Below are positions 26,379 to 38,930 of a stretch of DNA of 64,000 nt, piece after piece. This stretch comes from Camelus dromedarius (Eukaryota): positions 73,286,001 through 73,350,000 of the forward strand of contig NC_087437.1 of the NCBI RefSeq assembly GCF_036321535.1, in the 5' to 3' direction. The notes beneath the pieces were generated by a model. The model saw nothing but the letters and a program-made list of their open reading frames with translations, did no database searches and was not told the origin of the DNA. How positions within the stretch are numbered: the stretch's first letter is position 1; the number at the start of each line of letters is the position of its first letter. The position numbers were made by a program, and so were the translations under genes.

Positions 26379-28569
26379 TTTAAAAAACATCTTGATACAT
26401 GAATTTTTGTCTGATTGCTTTTGCTATATCTATAGGGTAGATTGCTAAATGGGAAATTATCGAGTCAGAGATGGGCTTTCTTTTCAGACAGATATATTTG
26501 TTTATAGTCCTAGAAGCAGTATATGAGAGTATTATTTTATTAGCCTGTTTTCAATACTGAGTATTATGATTTAAACATACTTTATTTCCATAAGGGGTGA
26601 AAAACAGCCATTTCATTGTTGTTTCAAGCCTCCTAGTGTTTAAGAGGTTTCAGTTTTCTAGGGAAAAGAAGAGTGGTTGTGTGTAAGGCATATTTTCTTC
26701 CCAACATCTATAGTAGTTCTACCCAGAGGGTTGTCCTTTAACTGTCGCAAAGGGAACTGCTTAGTGGTAACCGTGATATTCTCAGTGCAGGGTTTCAAGA
26801 AAAACGCGCCAGGCTTTGAGGCCATGCCTTGTGGAATCAACACATAAGAGCACTGGCTGCAGAGAGGAGAGGGAGAAAGGGCAGGTCTGAGAAGCAGCCA
26901 GTTCTCAAGCCTGGAGCAGGCCCTGTCAGAGCTGCTGTAGCTGGAGGACTTTGGACCCTGGGAAAGGAGGTGCTGGAAGATAGAAAAGAGTCTTAGGCTA
27001 TGAAGGTATTGAGACAAATACTGTCTAATGGCTTGTCTTATTGAGAACGTTCCTATTGAGCTGAAAGCCTCGAGGGGATGCTGGGATAGCAGAAATCATT
27101 AAATGTGGGTGTCAGATTGAGAGGCTTGCTAGAAATGGAACAAGTCAGACCTTCCCATCAGGCAGGCAGCACACAGTGGCAAGATGTCCATCCGAGAAGG
27201 CGGAGTCTGCCATCTGGAGAACAAGATGGCAGCTGTGTCCAAGCAGACAGCACTTGGCATTGGGAGTCCTTGGGCGATCCTTGGTGGGAGTCCCTGACCT
27301 CGGTAGGGCGTGGAGAGCTAAATACACTGTCAGCCCAAACGTGAGGCTAGATCTAGGGTTGCAACATGCAAAGACAGACCCCCAGTCCTGAACTGTGGTT
27401 CGGGGAAGGACTAGCAAGGGTAAGGGGACCCTGGATGATCTGAGGATCTGACAAGTCAGGTCAGATCCCCGGGGCTAGACATCTAGACAAGAGGCCAGTT
27501 TCTAGAGCTGAAAAGCAAGGAACAGGCTGGGCCAAGAGATCCTCAGGAGCTTGGACACCGACTCCATGCATTCTTGTGGCGAGGCCAGGGATTGTCCCCA
27601 GACTCTGCCTCCAGACAGGTTTGAGAAGTCTCAGCTCTGGGGACCAGTGGACTGAGGTGGTGAGGAGCCAGAAGGGTCATCAGAAAAACAGGCAGAGAGC
27701 CCTGGAGGATACCCCAAATGAAACTCAAAATATTGCATTTCATTCTCACCACTCAAGTTCATGCACAACTGATCATTTCAGATGATAAATTGCAAGAAAT
27801 GTATGGGTGAGGGGGAAAAATGTATTTGAAGAGGCCCAGTGGGAAATGAACAAAAACCTTAACTGTTAAACTAGCCTAAAAAGAACAACACAAGCAACCA
27901 AAATGAAGTGCACTGTGAGGCGGGGCTGAAAAGCAGGAGAAGGATTTGTAGGCACGCTTTTTTTTTTTTTAAAGCCAGCTTGTAAATCAAAAGCATGAGA
28001 TTCATGATGACTTTAAAATGGCAAAGGTATTGAACTGATTTTCTTAATCTGTCTTTAATAAGGGAAATGGAACCAAGCAGCCATTTCAATTAGGTGGTAA
28101 CGTGGAGTTGGCAAAAAGTTCACAGCTGGTAAGAAAGCCTGGAGACTGGATAAACAGCAGCCTGGAGGGTTCTGATGAGAGTCAGTCCTGAAGTGATGCC
28201 TGCAAATAACTCACACAATGTGGGAGAAGGGAGGCAGCATGGGCAGGGGCTGGTAAAGGGAAAGGAGGGAGGGAGGGCAGCCAGCTCGGGGGGTGCCCTG
28301 CCGCAGGCTAGCTGAGATGGGGATTAGAATAAGCAGTATCTGAAGTGCCCTCATTGCAGGCCCAGAAAGCAGGCATTAAAGCATGTTACCACTCCAGGAG
28401 ATATGCGTTAGGATAAAGTAGTTAGGAACAGGGGGAAGGAGTTGTAGGTGGTGGTCAACATCGTCTTGTTTTCCCACGTGTCTTTTACACATTCAAGACA
28501 GTTTGCCAAATTACTCCGAAAGGCATTTTTGGAAGAGCTGTTTTAGTGTCGACGAGCTTATGTCATATT

Positions 28570-29120
28570 TTGTTCAATCCAGCAAATATTTGCCAAATAC
28601 CTGTTAGATGCCTCACCTGTTCTGCAGGGGATGGAAGAGGCAAAAAAATATCCTATGCAGTCCTTGCCTTTGTGGAGGTTATGAACTCATGGAGGCACCA
28701 AAAACCAAATGAGAACATAGTGCAGAATGATGTAAGCTAAATTGTCGGCATGTAAGATGCAGGCAGCTACGGGCTGGGCCAGAGGACAGAGGTACTCAGG
28801 AGGACCACTGATATGAAGGGAGACGTGAAGAGGGGTGCAGCTGAAATGGGCTGTAAGGATGGGGATGATCAAGCCAAAGAAGAAAGTGTGGGCTCTCCTT
28901 GCAGAGGTTAGAGCAGCAGGTCGTGTGTGCTGGGGGACTGGCAGGTAAGCTGATGGGAACAGAGAATTCAGCTGGGAAGTGGGATGGGATCAAGTAGGTA
29001 GAAAGAATACCAAGTTGCACAGGGTTAGAGTTCTCAAATAAAGAACAGAACATGATTTGGTCAGCAGTGAGTTATTTTGGTGTTCTTGAGTAACAGAGTG
29101 ACATAAGAAAGGTGGACTTT
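28570..29120 (-). mobile_element. L2 fragment
   Basis: ttcaatccagcaaatatttgcc…cagtccttgcctttgtggaggtt, followed by degenerate L2 body. Confidence 0.5.
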
Positions 29121-29189
29121 TAGAAGGAGGTCCAGCCTTGGAGGACGCAGGGAGGATTAGAGCATGGACAGATGGTCAGGGGGCTACGT

Positions 29190-29925
29190 CTTCAATACAA
29201 ACATCACTTTTCCTGCCACCACCCTGACCTAAGCCACCACAGCCTCTCAGCTAAATGCTTGAGCTGTTTGCTCTCTGAACTGGACACCCTGCTGAGGTCT
29301 TGCCTCCCTTTGGCAGTCAGAGTGATCCTATTCAAATATGATCATAGTATATAACGCCTCTATTGAGAACCCTCTGATGACTCCTAAATCACGCAAGGAG
29401 AAGCCTAAGTCCTCATTAATGCCCCAAGGAAGTATTAACTGATCCAGTGCCCACCTCCCATCCCTTCTCAGACCTCATTTTCTACTTTTTCCCCCTTCAC
29501 TTACTCATTGCTATTCCTTGGAATGTGGTGGCCATAGTCCTGCCACAGGACCTTTGCACTTTCAGCTCCCTCTGCCCAGATAGATCTTTCCCCAGATGCA
29601 TGTCCCTCCACCCTTTTCTACCTTTACTTAAATATTACCTTCTCAGTGAGGTCTTCCCTGGCCATCCCATCTAAAATTTTAAACCCTATGCTCCCAACAC
29701 TTCCTAATACCTTTCCTAATTTGTTTTTCATTCAGATGTATCATTTTCTAACATACAACTTTTTCCGATTAAACTGTTTACTGTCTCTCTTCCCCTCAGC
29801 CCCTCGAGGCAGAGATTTTTGTTTGTTTTGTTCATTGCCATACTCTCAGCACCCAGAGCAGAACTTGATAGGCACTCAAATCACATATATTGAATGAATG
29901 GATGGATGAATACTAAATGAATGAA
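29190..29925 (+). mobile_element. L2a LINE 3' end
   Basis: gcagtcagagtgatcct…caggacctttgcact…ttctcagtgaggtcttccctg…ggcactcaaatcacatatattgaatgaatg. Confidence 0.85.
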
Positions 29926-30599
29926 TATGGCAGAAAGCTGAGAAGGGCCGCAGGTGTAAAGAGGATGAGAGCTCTGAAAAAGGAGAAATGGGGGTAACTA
30001 TGGAGAGCCGTACAAGGTGCCAGAGCCTCTTCGTTATCTGAGGAAGAATTAAGGAAATGCCAGTCCTCTCAGCAAAAGCCCTGCTGTCACTCAAAGTGTC
30101 TGAAACATGGGCTGATAAGGCTCAGTTTTACAAAGGGTATCATCTTTGAAGCATGATGAACATCTGACTGAGACCCATTAATCATCCTGCTACATGAAAA
30201 CTCTCAACCTTTTCTTTCCAGGATATTCCTAATGAGGTTTTGAAACATGTCCCTTTTTTTTTTTCTTCTATCTTTAATTCTGCTTGATATTACTGAAAAA
30301 AAAAATCCATTTGAATACTGGTCAGAATTCTAAAATCAGTATTATGTTCTATTCACTTCAAGATATCATTTTAAAAATAGCATTTTGAGGTTTCTTATGA
30401 CAAACATTATAATCCATTTTTTTACAATGAGAAATCTCTCAAAGAACCTCACATATATGGAAATTGAAAATAAGAAAGAATGAAGATATGAGATGAGTGA
30501 GATGAAGGAAAGGAACATGAATGTGAGAGTGGGGAAAAAAAGTTCTAGGATAAAAATAAGAAATGAGTGAAGTCAAGTTTTTCCTAAAGTGCCACTATA

Positions 30600-31110
30600 A
30601 AGAAATACTTGTAAGACTAGAGTTGAGGTTAGATCAATGCAAGAATAAGGACACGGGGTTGGGGCAGGGGGCAGGGGGCAGGGTGGGCCTAGAAGCATGG
30701 AAAAACCAATGGCCCATGTACTAAGTGAACTTGGAATGCCAGAATGTCCTTGGCAGATTGAGGAGGAAAGAATTAAAAAGCTCAGGGACGTGGACATACC
30801 AGAGTAGATAATATTAGATATTATGTGAGGCTTGTAAAGCAACCAAAGGAAGGCCTGGAGGGCATACCGTGTACCAAGGCCACCAGAAATATGCTCACGA
30901 GGGGCTTTGGCATCACTAAAATGTCCAGCAATGATGAAAGCACCACAGACGGTAGTAGAATGGTACCCCCGATGATAGACTGCCACACAGTAAAGGCCAA
31001 GCGCGCCACTACCTGCAGCAGGCCGGGTGGGTGCAGTTATCCTACATGAGCAGCAAGGCGAGAGCAGCAGCCAAGGGGGCCGGGCCTGCACAGAGTGATG
31101 GAGAAAATGT
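30600..31110 (+). mobile_element. ERVL/MaLR internal gag relic
   Basis: Broken frames give SELGMPECPWQIEEERIKKLRDV and EGIPCTKATRNMLTRG, resembling ERVL gag. Homologous to 61150-61690. Confidence 0.7.
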
Positions 31111-31114
31111 GCAG

Positions 31115-31277
31115 GGGTCCCGGGACTAGCAGCAGCAGCAGCTCCTGGGAACTTCTTAAAAATGCAACCCTCCCCAGACCGACAGAATCTGAAATTCTGT
31201 GGGTGAGGCCTAGGAACCTGAGTTTTAACTAGCTTCCCAGGAGATTCTGATGCAAGCTAAAGTTTGAGGATCTCTGA
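31115..31277. mobile_element. MER5A DNA transposon
   Basis: gactagcagcagc…cctgggaacttcttaaaaatgca…agaatctgaaattctgtgggtgaggcc…aagtttgaggatctctg. Confidence 0.85.
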
Positions 31278-32456
31278 GTTAACAGAACACAGGTAAATTG
31301 GGACAGACTTTGGAAAACAGGACTAGGCCAGGAAACCCAGGAGGTAGGCGTGAATCATAGCACAAAGCCCTTCACACAGGAGAAAAGGCTTTGTTTTCCC
31401 TCGTAGCCAGCAAAACAGAGCAGTTCATAGAGAAGTCACAGATTCATGTCCCTTTGCCCCACACATTTCTACTTAGGAGATCTCAAATGTGGGGAATTTG
31501 CGATTTTGAGTTCTGGGCAATGAATAGCTCTGCCCCTTGCTACACTGAGCAAGGTAACATAATGACCATGTCTGCCCAGGAAAGCAGTGTTTTGCTTTGC
31601 TTTGCTTTGCTTTGAGCTGACAAATACAGGTCAAAAGCGTCAATCCCTCACTGTAACTTTGGGCTTTACCATCAGTAGGAAGGGAAGTGTTGAGAAGTGT
31701 TGAGGGTTGGGGGCAGGAGATTATGGTCAAGAAGGCTGGGTTATTCTGAAACACAGTTCATGAACTGATGCCAACTTGGAAACATATTAGACTAGAATTT
31801 CAAAGGGCCGGCCTGAGATACGAACTACTTATTTTCTGGATGATTTGCCAACTAACTGCTCTAGAGCGTCCTTGCAGCAATTTCATGCGTAGGAGGAATT
31901 TCTTTTTTCCTCACTATGTATTTTTTGGTGAAAGCATAAATCTAAAGTTGAGGCTTTTCCCAGAACCTCTGGGGAGAACTGAGGCAAAATACCTGATTGC
32001 AAGAGTTCACAATTCTGTGTCTTAACAGGGAAACTAATTTTACCTTTTTTTTTTTTTTGACTCTTACTTTTGAATTCTTGCACAAACCATCTATTTGTGT
32101 GGAATATGTGTGCTCTTCTGTTTACCTGGCCATTTCCTATCCATTCAACACCCAGCTGAAATATATTTTCCAGGACGTTTTCTGGATGGATCAGAATATG
32201 GTCCCCTTTGTTGCTCTGACTTTATTCCAATACATTTTTTAGACATTCTAGAGAGTGTGCATGTATACACATTTGTGGAAATGTGGCCATGATTCTTGAG
32301 TAATGAAGACCGAGAAAGAGCCAGGCTATTTAGGAGTCTAGTAACACAGTGGGAGAGGGCAGATACCCTCCCTTCTGTTGGTTATGGAGAAGACCGATGA
32401 TGGCCATGCAGGTGGCAGCTCTGATTTCTGATTACTGTACATCATATGTTTAGGTC

Positions 32457-32645
32457 AGCAATGTGCTAGAGTCAGCTGGTGCCAATTGTGCATGTCTCTT
32501 CCCACTTCAAGTTCAGTGGTGTCATGTCGATAGCCTAAAATTGGCCATGGTGGGAGTATTTATACCGTGGAAATCAGCAAATGTTATGAACCAAGTCTGT
32601 CTGGTCTTTTCAGTCCAGCAAGCACATGTTAGTGCCATACCACGG
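32457..32645. mobile_element. MER63-type DNA transposon
   Basis: aaattggccatggtgggagtatttataccgtggaaatcagcaaatg. Confidence 0.75.
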
Positions 32646-32765
32646 GTATTCTTTTTACTATTCCACGTCTTCCTCTAAACAGCTTATGCTGTCCTCTACG
32701 TTCCAGAACAGAGTGTATTTATAACACCACTTTAATGTATTTGCTTACTAATTCTACCCTCTAGG

Positions 32766-32870
32766 TCAGGGGTTGGCTAACTGTGGGTCAAGTCCAGCCT
32801 GCAGTATGAGCTATAAGCCATGAGCTAAAAATGGCTTTACATTTTTAGTGGGTTGTAGAAAAAAAAAACA
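32766..32870. mobile_element. MER58-like fragment
   Basis: caggggttggctaact…tgagctaaaaatggctttacattttta. Confidence 0.6.
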
Positions 32871-32871
32871 A

Positions 32872-33600
32872 ACATCATTAGGAATCAGAGAAATTCAAAT
32901 AAAAAAAGCCATGAGCTAGCACTTCACACCTACTAGGATAGCTGTAACCAAAAAGACAGATAATAACAAGTGTTGGTGAGGATGTGGAGAAACTGGAACC
33001 CTCATACACTGTTGGTGGGAATGTAAAATGATGCAGCAGCTTTGGAAAACAGTTTGGCAGTTCCTCAAAGGGTTAGGGCATAGTGTTTCCATCTGATCCC
33101 GCAATTCCACTCCTAGGTATATATGGAAGAATATAAACACATATATTCACACAAAGACTTGACCACAAATAATTCATAATTATTTCCCAAAAGTGGAAAC
33201 AACCCAAATGTCCATTAACTGATGAATGGATAACATGTGGCATATCCATATAATGGAATATTATTTGGCAATGAAAAGAAATGAATGATAGATGCTACAG
33301 CATGGTTGAACTTTGAAAACATTATGCTAAGTGAAAGAAGCCTACATGTTATATGATTCCATTTATATATAACGTCCAGAAGGGGAAAAGGCACAGAGAC
33401 AGAACGGAGACTGGTGTTGCCAGGGACTGAGAAGAGGTAGGGGGAGGGGAGGCAGGGTGCAGATGGGAGTGGGTTTCTTTCTGCAGTGATGAAAATATTC
33501 TAAAACTGATTTTGGTGATGATTACACAACTCTGTGTATATTCTAAAAAGCACTAACGTTTACACGTTAAGAGGATATTATGGTATCTCAATACAATTTT
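32872..33600 (+). mobile_element. L1MB-type LINE-1 3' end
   Basis: ataacaagtgttggtgaggatgtggagaaactggaaccctcatac…gcaattccactcctaggtatat…ctaagtgaaagaagcc. Confidence 0.9.
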
Positions 33601-34730
33601 GGGGTGTTTTTGTTTTAAAGTGGCTCCCTGATTTTGAGATTTCACAGACCAGTAAAGCATCCATCCCTGAAATAAGATACAGGGATCCACTACAGATGCC
33701 AACTTTTGATATTTGCCCCACCACCAAGGTAAGGAAACTCTAAGAACCTTAATTTTGTATTGGTATTTCTGGGAAAAGATTTTGTTGGGAGGAGATTGAA
33801 ACTATTGGCTATGAGGTAAAAAGACTTATCTGAAGACTTCTTACATTTTTCTCCATTTCCAATTTGCATTACATTATAATATTATGCCCTTTTGGTAACT
33901 GAATGATATATTATTAAAGTAGAATTTAGTGCATTTGTGATCTTGAGCAGGTTAATGAATTATATAATGAATATTATAAATTCAACTTTGTCTTCAAAGA
34001 ACATTTAGAAAATATTTAGACTGAACTGTGGCCATCCATTCTTAGGGTGGGTTTTATAATACTTAACTAGTGTGTGGTTCTTATTCTGAATGTGATACTT
34101 GTTCTGAAATTTAAATAATAAAAATGTTTTATACATTTAAAAAATTTCCAATATGGCTTGAAATTTAAAAGTACTTCTGTTACTATTTTTAAAATCACTT
34201 TTTACAAAGGACTCCAGTATAGAAACTTACACTTTCTATAAAAGGTGTTCTTTAAATCTTGAATTTTATAGTCATATAATTAAGTTATTAATTTTTATAT
34301 GTATTTTAATATTTGATTTACTGACAACAATGAAAATGAAAACCTTTAGTTGATAAAAACTTTATTCAAAACTTGTCAAGAATCATATAGTTCAAAACTA
34401 CAAAAATAAAAGACAATTTCTGATGACTTAAAAATAAAGAGTATCTAAAAACAACCACATTGACATCTACTATTTATAACACAATTTCAGAATCAAAGCT
34501 AATCTACATATTTCTCTATCTTGCTACATTTGAGCTAGAACCCTCCTCCTCCTTACCCCACTACATTGTTATGTAACCCTTTCAGTTTTAACACTTAAAA
34601 CACAACCTGGCTATTTTCTGAAAAGCAGGAATATATGCTACTGATCATCTCTTACACAGAAAAATAAAAATAGGTCAAATGACTAGAAACTAATTTTCAC
34701 TTAAAAAAAGAACAAGTTAGTAAAATGTTT

Positions 34731-36637
34731 CTTTTGAAAACAACTGGTGGATAAGCATTCTGAATTGAGCTATACAAGAACACATTTCTACTTGAGGATT
34801 CTTCAGATTATTTCCTATGCATTTATATAGTACAGGACATTCGCAAAATGCTTTTCACCATTTATTGGTCAGGACTCACAACACCCAGGTGCTGTGAAAT
34901 AGCAGAATTAACCTCAGTTTACACAGGGAGAACCAAGGCACACGGTGAGAGCTTGCCAGGGCCAAAGTGAGACCTCATTTGGCTTCTGACTTCTTATGTC
35001 CAGAGCCAGAAGCTTCTTTTTGGAAGACATGAATTTGTTCAATGATGGAAGTCAGAGCACGCGGGATTTGTCGTGGGAGAATCAATTCTGGCTCTATAGG
35101 GAAAAAGTTCAGAGCGTGGATAAGGTAGACAGTACAATTTTAGTATTAAAAGGGTTAATGAGAAAAAAGCTAAAACCAAAGTAAAGACTCTATTCTGATA
35201 GAGATCACCTTTCAGAAATAAAAATAGCAAAATAGGAATAGGAAAAAATAATAGCTATAGAGTTTCTCATTTCTAAGCCAAGGGGCTTTTATAAAATCAC
35301 TTTAAAAGTAGGACCTCTCTTGAAGACAACCCTTAAACGTCTTATTTTCCCTCTCCATAGAACCCCTGTGAGGTGGAAAGTACCAGCTTACAGGGGGGAA
35401 CCCGAGAAGTAAGGAAGCGAAGAGGTTAAGACCACATGGAGAGTGAACAGGCTGGAGCAGATGTTACGCCTTAAAGCACTGGCTTAGAAATAGAAACAGA
35501 AGGGAGAGGATAAACAGGAACTTTTCTGGATGGACAAGTGGAATAATCCTCAGATCCAGTAGCAACACCAGCTACTTAACATTTTTTCACAAAGGACTTG
35601 GAATTTCAAGTACACAGTGAAACCTAAGATGACAAATGCTCTTCTGGGTATTGAAATGCTCGTTTGAAGGGAATATAGCAACAAGTTCTCATAAGACCAT
35701 GTGAAAAAACAGAGGCATTACAGCCACAGTGTGGGCAAGTGCAAACTAACGCATTTAGGACAAAACACTGCTGTCTGTAGTTAAATATGATAATGCCGAG
35801 CCTTCAGCATGGCTTGTGAGAAGAATTTAATTTAGCCTGATCAATGTGTTAGGGTGGATTAAAAAAAAAAAAGCTGGTCACTTTTGGCAAGAATAATGAA
35901 AACCAAAACAATGGTGCCCATGCGTTTGGGAAATCATGTGGAACTTTGGGCTTTATAGACCCACTGTGAGTTATTAAGGGACATTATAAATGTTTGAAGT
36001 ACATTCCTAACCTCTGCAGGAGACACATAAAACACTCCTTCATGGCTGTCAGACATATTTGTAACAGGATAGGCCACAGTTCTAAGCCAGCGTAGCAAAT
36101 CTGATGTTCTGGATTCCCAGGGGTGCTTTCCCTCCAGGTCTCCTCTAATCAACTTTCACAGCTCGGTCCCATGCCATGATAATAAACACAACTGGTTTAG
36201 GCCATGATACCGAGGGTCCTAGTGAGCCGCAGGAAACCTGATCATAAGAACTTTAAATGGTAAAGCTAGGAAAAATCTCAAGAAGGGGACTGTTCAGTCT
36301 CCCACCTCCAGATGGGGTAAAAATTTTCAATTCCATTAGTCTATCTCCTTGGGTCCAAATGACATGCTCCCTGTGTAAATCTTGTGCAACGGGCAACTGT
36401 AAACAACACAGTTCTAGGATGGGGGCACTTTAGAGGACACGGTGCTGCCTTCTGAAAACAGTAGGTGGATTAGTATTCTGAACTGAGCTACACAAGAGCA
36501 CATTTCTACCCGAGGACCCTCCAGATTATTCACCGTGCATTTATATAGTACAGGACATTTGCAAAATGCTTCTCACCACTTATTGGTCAGAAAGAGTCAT
36601 AGAGATGTTGCTGTTTTCCATAAATACTCACAACACC
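34731..36637 (+). repeat. Spaced direct duplication of ~150 bp (34731-34885 and 36449-36637)
   Basis: Both copies share gaaaaca…ggtggat…attctgaa-tgagcta-acaaga-cacatttctac…tgcatttatatagtacaggacatt-gcaaaatgctt-tcacca-ttattggtcag…actcacaacacc. Confidence 0.9.
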
Positions 36638-38739
36638 TTTTCCGCCTCAAACTCAGGCATTTATCCCTACACCTCAAGCTAAAGGTAACAGACATTGGAT
36701 GTAACTAGAACTTTTTGGTTTCGGGAGGTGTGCAATTTGATATATATCATGGCCTTAGCCCCCAAACACTGATTAGAATATTCTGGGGAATGGATCAGTG
36801 GAAGGCATTTATTCCCAACCAATGGAATGGAGAATCCTTTTATTTGCCAATGGTGGTTTCCCTTCTCCCTGAGATATACAAGGAACTTCTACATCATGCT
36901 CTCAATTGATAACGTTTGATAAAAAGATGTTTAGTGTCATCTGAATTTTTGACATTCTCTTTTATTCTAGTCTACTTGGCTGCAAACTTCCACAATCAAA
37001 CTGAAAGGTGAATAGATAATAACTAACCTAATAATGGAAATACATTAGAAATAAACCTAATATTTTACATATTTCAGCTGTTAAGGTAAATATGGCTTCT
37101 GTTCCCACCACTAACTTTTTGCAGAGATAATGCTAAAGCAAATATAATAAAATGGGTCTGAAATAACGGAACGTTTGTAGATGTGAGCGTTCTCCTGTAT
37201 GTGTGAATTGCAAAAAATTTTTTTTCAACTGTGAATTTTAAGTAGGCTTCTCTCTCCTCTGTCTGTCTGTCTTTCTCTATCACACAAACACACCTCCACC
37301 CGTAAGAAGGGAAAGGCTGCCACTAAGGAGAAATGTCAGTGAGACTATTCAGCAGGTGGCTGACATCAGAGCGGTGAACAGACCGTACCCCAGTGCGAGG
37401 GTGTGATAACACAAGGAATCCTTAACACATTTTGTTACGTGGAGCGTAATTTCAATTATTTTGGCATATGTTAGTTGGTCTTAATATACACCCTAGGAGT
37501 GTTTAGTTAACACGTGAAGTTTCCTCTTTGGGACTACACCTTCCACAGTTTGTTAGTATCTGAAAAACTCACTTCAGAGTCACTTCAGATGCTATCACCA
37601 CAAGAGCTCAGCACCAGAGACTTCGTTAATAAGTGATTAGTTTTGAATCAGTCAAATTAGTGGTGTTAAAGGTATGTGCATTGGCCCCGGTACTGTAGGG
37701 CACTCCATCCCTTCCAGGAACAGGGCATACAGCTCTAGTAAGCCCACTAGCCCCATGATGCCTAGATTACTAACCTGTCCTGTGTCTAGAAGTTAAATGG
37801 AATCAGGCTGTCTGGCACTGAATCTGCTGGAATATGACTGGATTCACGTCTAATAACCCTTTTGCATAAGATACCGTTGGCTTCTCTAAAAGAATAGACT
37901 GAGGACTTCTTCAATCTTATATGACAGACTATTATTACAGAATGCCCGTTCTGGTACCCGCTTGTTTATATACACGAATGACGCAGCAATTGGCTTAAAA
38001 TCTGATTTCAGTGTAATACACCACCTGGTGAGACTGCGGGGAGGAGGCAGTTATGGTTATTATCTATGGTTAATCTAATAGATATGGGACTCTTTCTGAG
38101 TATTTTGAAAAGTTCAAAAAGTGAGTAAAGGTGAGCATATACAATTGCTTTCCTCTCAGTAAACATCTCTTATGGTTTTCTTCCATGTACCCCCTTAGAC
38201 CTCTGCTTAAAAACGAAGTCAGGAAAGCCTCTTCCCGTACACCACTCCCCCAGAGCAGACTTGGAAGAAGTAACAGCAAACTGCTGAGTGGTATGATCTG
38301 GGGGTGTGCAGAGTAGGAGCCGTTCTGTTCCCACAGGGGCTCCTCGCAAGGGGACAAAACAGAAGTTTGGGTCTAATCAGTGAAATGATTCAGGTAAGGT
38401 GCTTGCCCTGGAATCCAGCGCATACTACACCCTCAGTAATGGTAGCTGTTCTCAGTAGTAACCGGTAAATCAAGAGCAACAACTGGTCAGCAGAGTTTAA
38501 AAGGCTAAAATCCAGATATGAAGCCCTCCATGTGACAGATGCTTGTTACAGTAAAAGAGATGTCTACCGTTTTCACTTGGCTGTACTCAAATCAGGTTGA
38601 ACTCAAATTTTCATCTGGCACTTGGTTCTCCCTGAGGACACTATGGTACTCTAAATGCTGGCAAGGGTGCTGGGAGCTCAGGTTGAACACGCAGCAATGG
38701 TAGAGTCTTGGGCATCTTCATGTGAAGAGAACTTAACAA

Positions 38740-38930
38740 TTTCCCATGCATCATTACCGTGTTTAACTCTTCCCCCATTTCTGAGAGGCTGACAGGGAAG
38801 GTATTATAATCTCTGCTTTAGGAACAGGGGCAACTGATGCCCTAGACAGATTAGAGGACTTGCCTAAGTTTCCATGGCTAGAAAGGGGTGAAGCTGGGAC
38901 TAGAACCTGTTCTCTGATTCTTGGTATAAT
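38740..38930 (-). mobile_element. MIR SINE
   Basis: gtattataatctctgcttta…aactgatgccctaga…gacttgcctaag…gctgggactagaacc. Confidence 0.65.

Noticed and set aside
30573..31091. 172-aa minus-strand ORF (longest in the window)
   Set aside because: Antisense to a decayed ERVL gag relic, with a non-ATG start and no recognisable domain.
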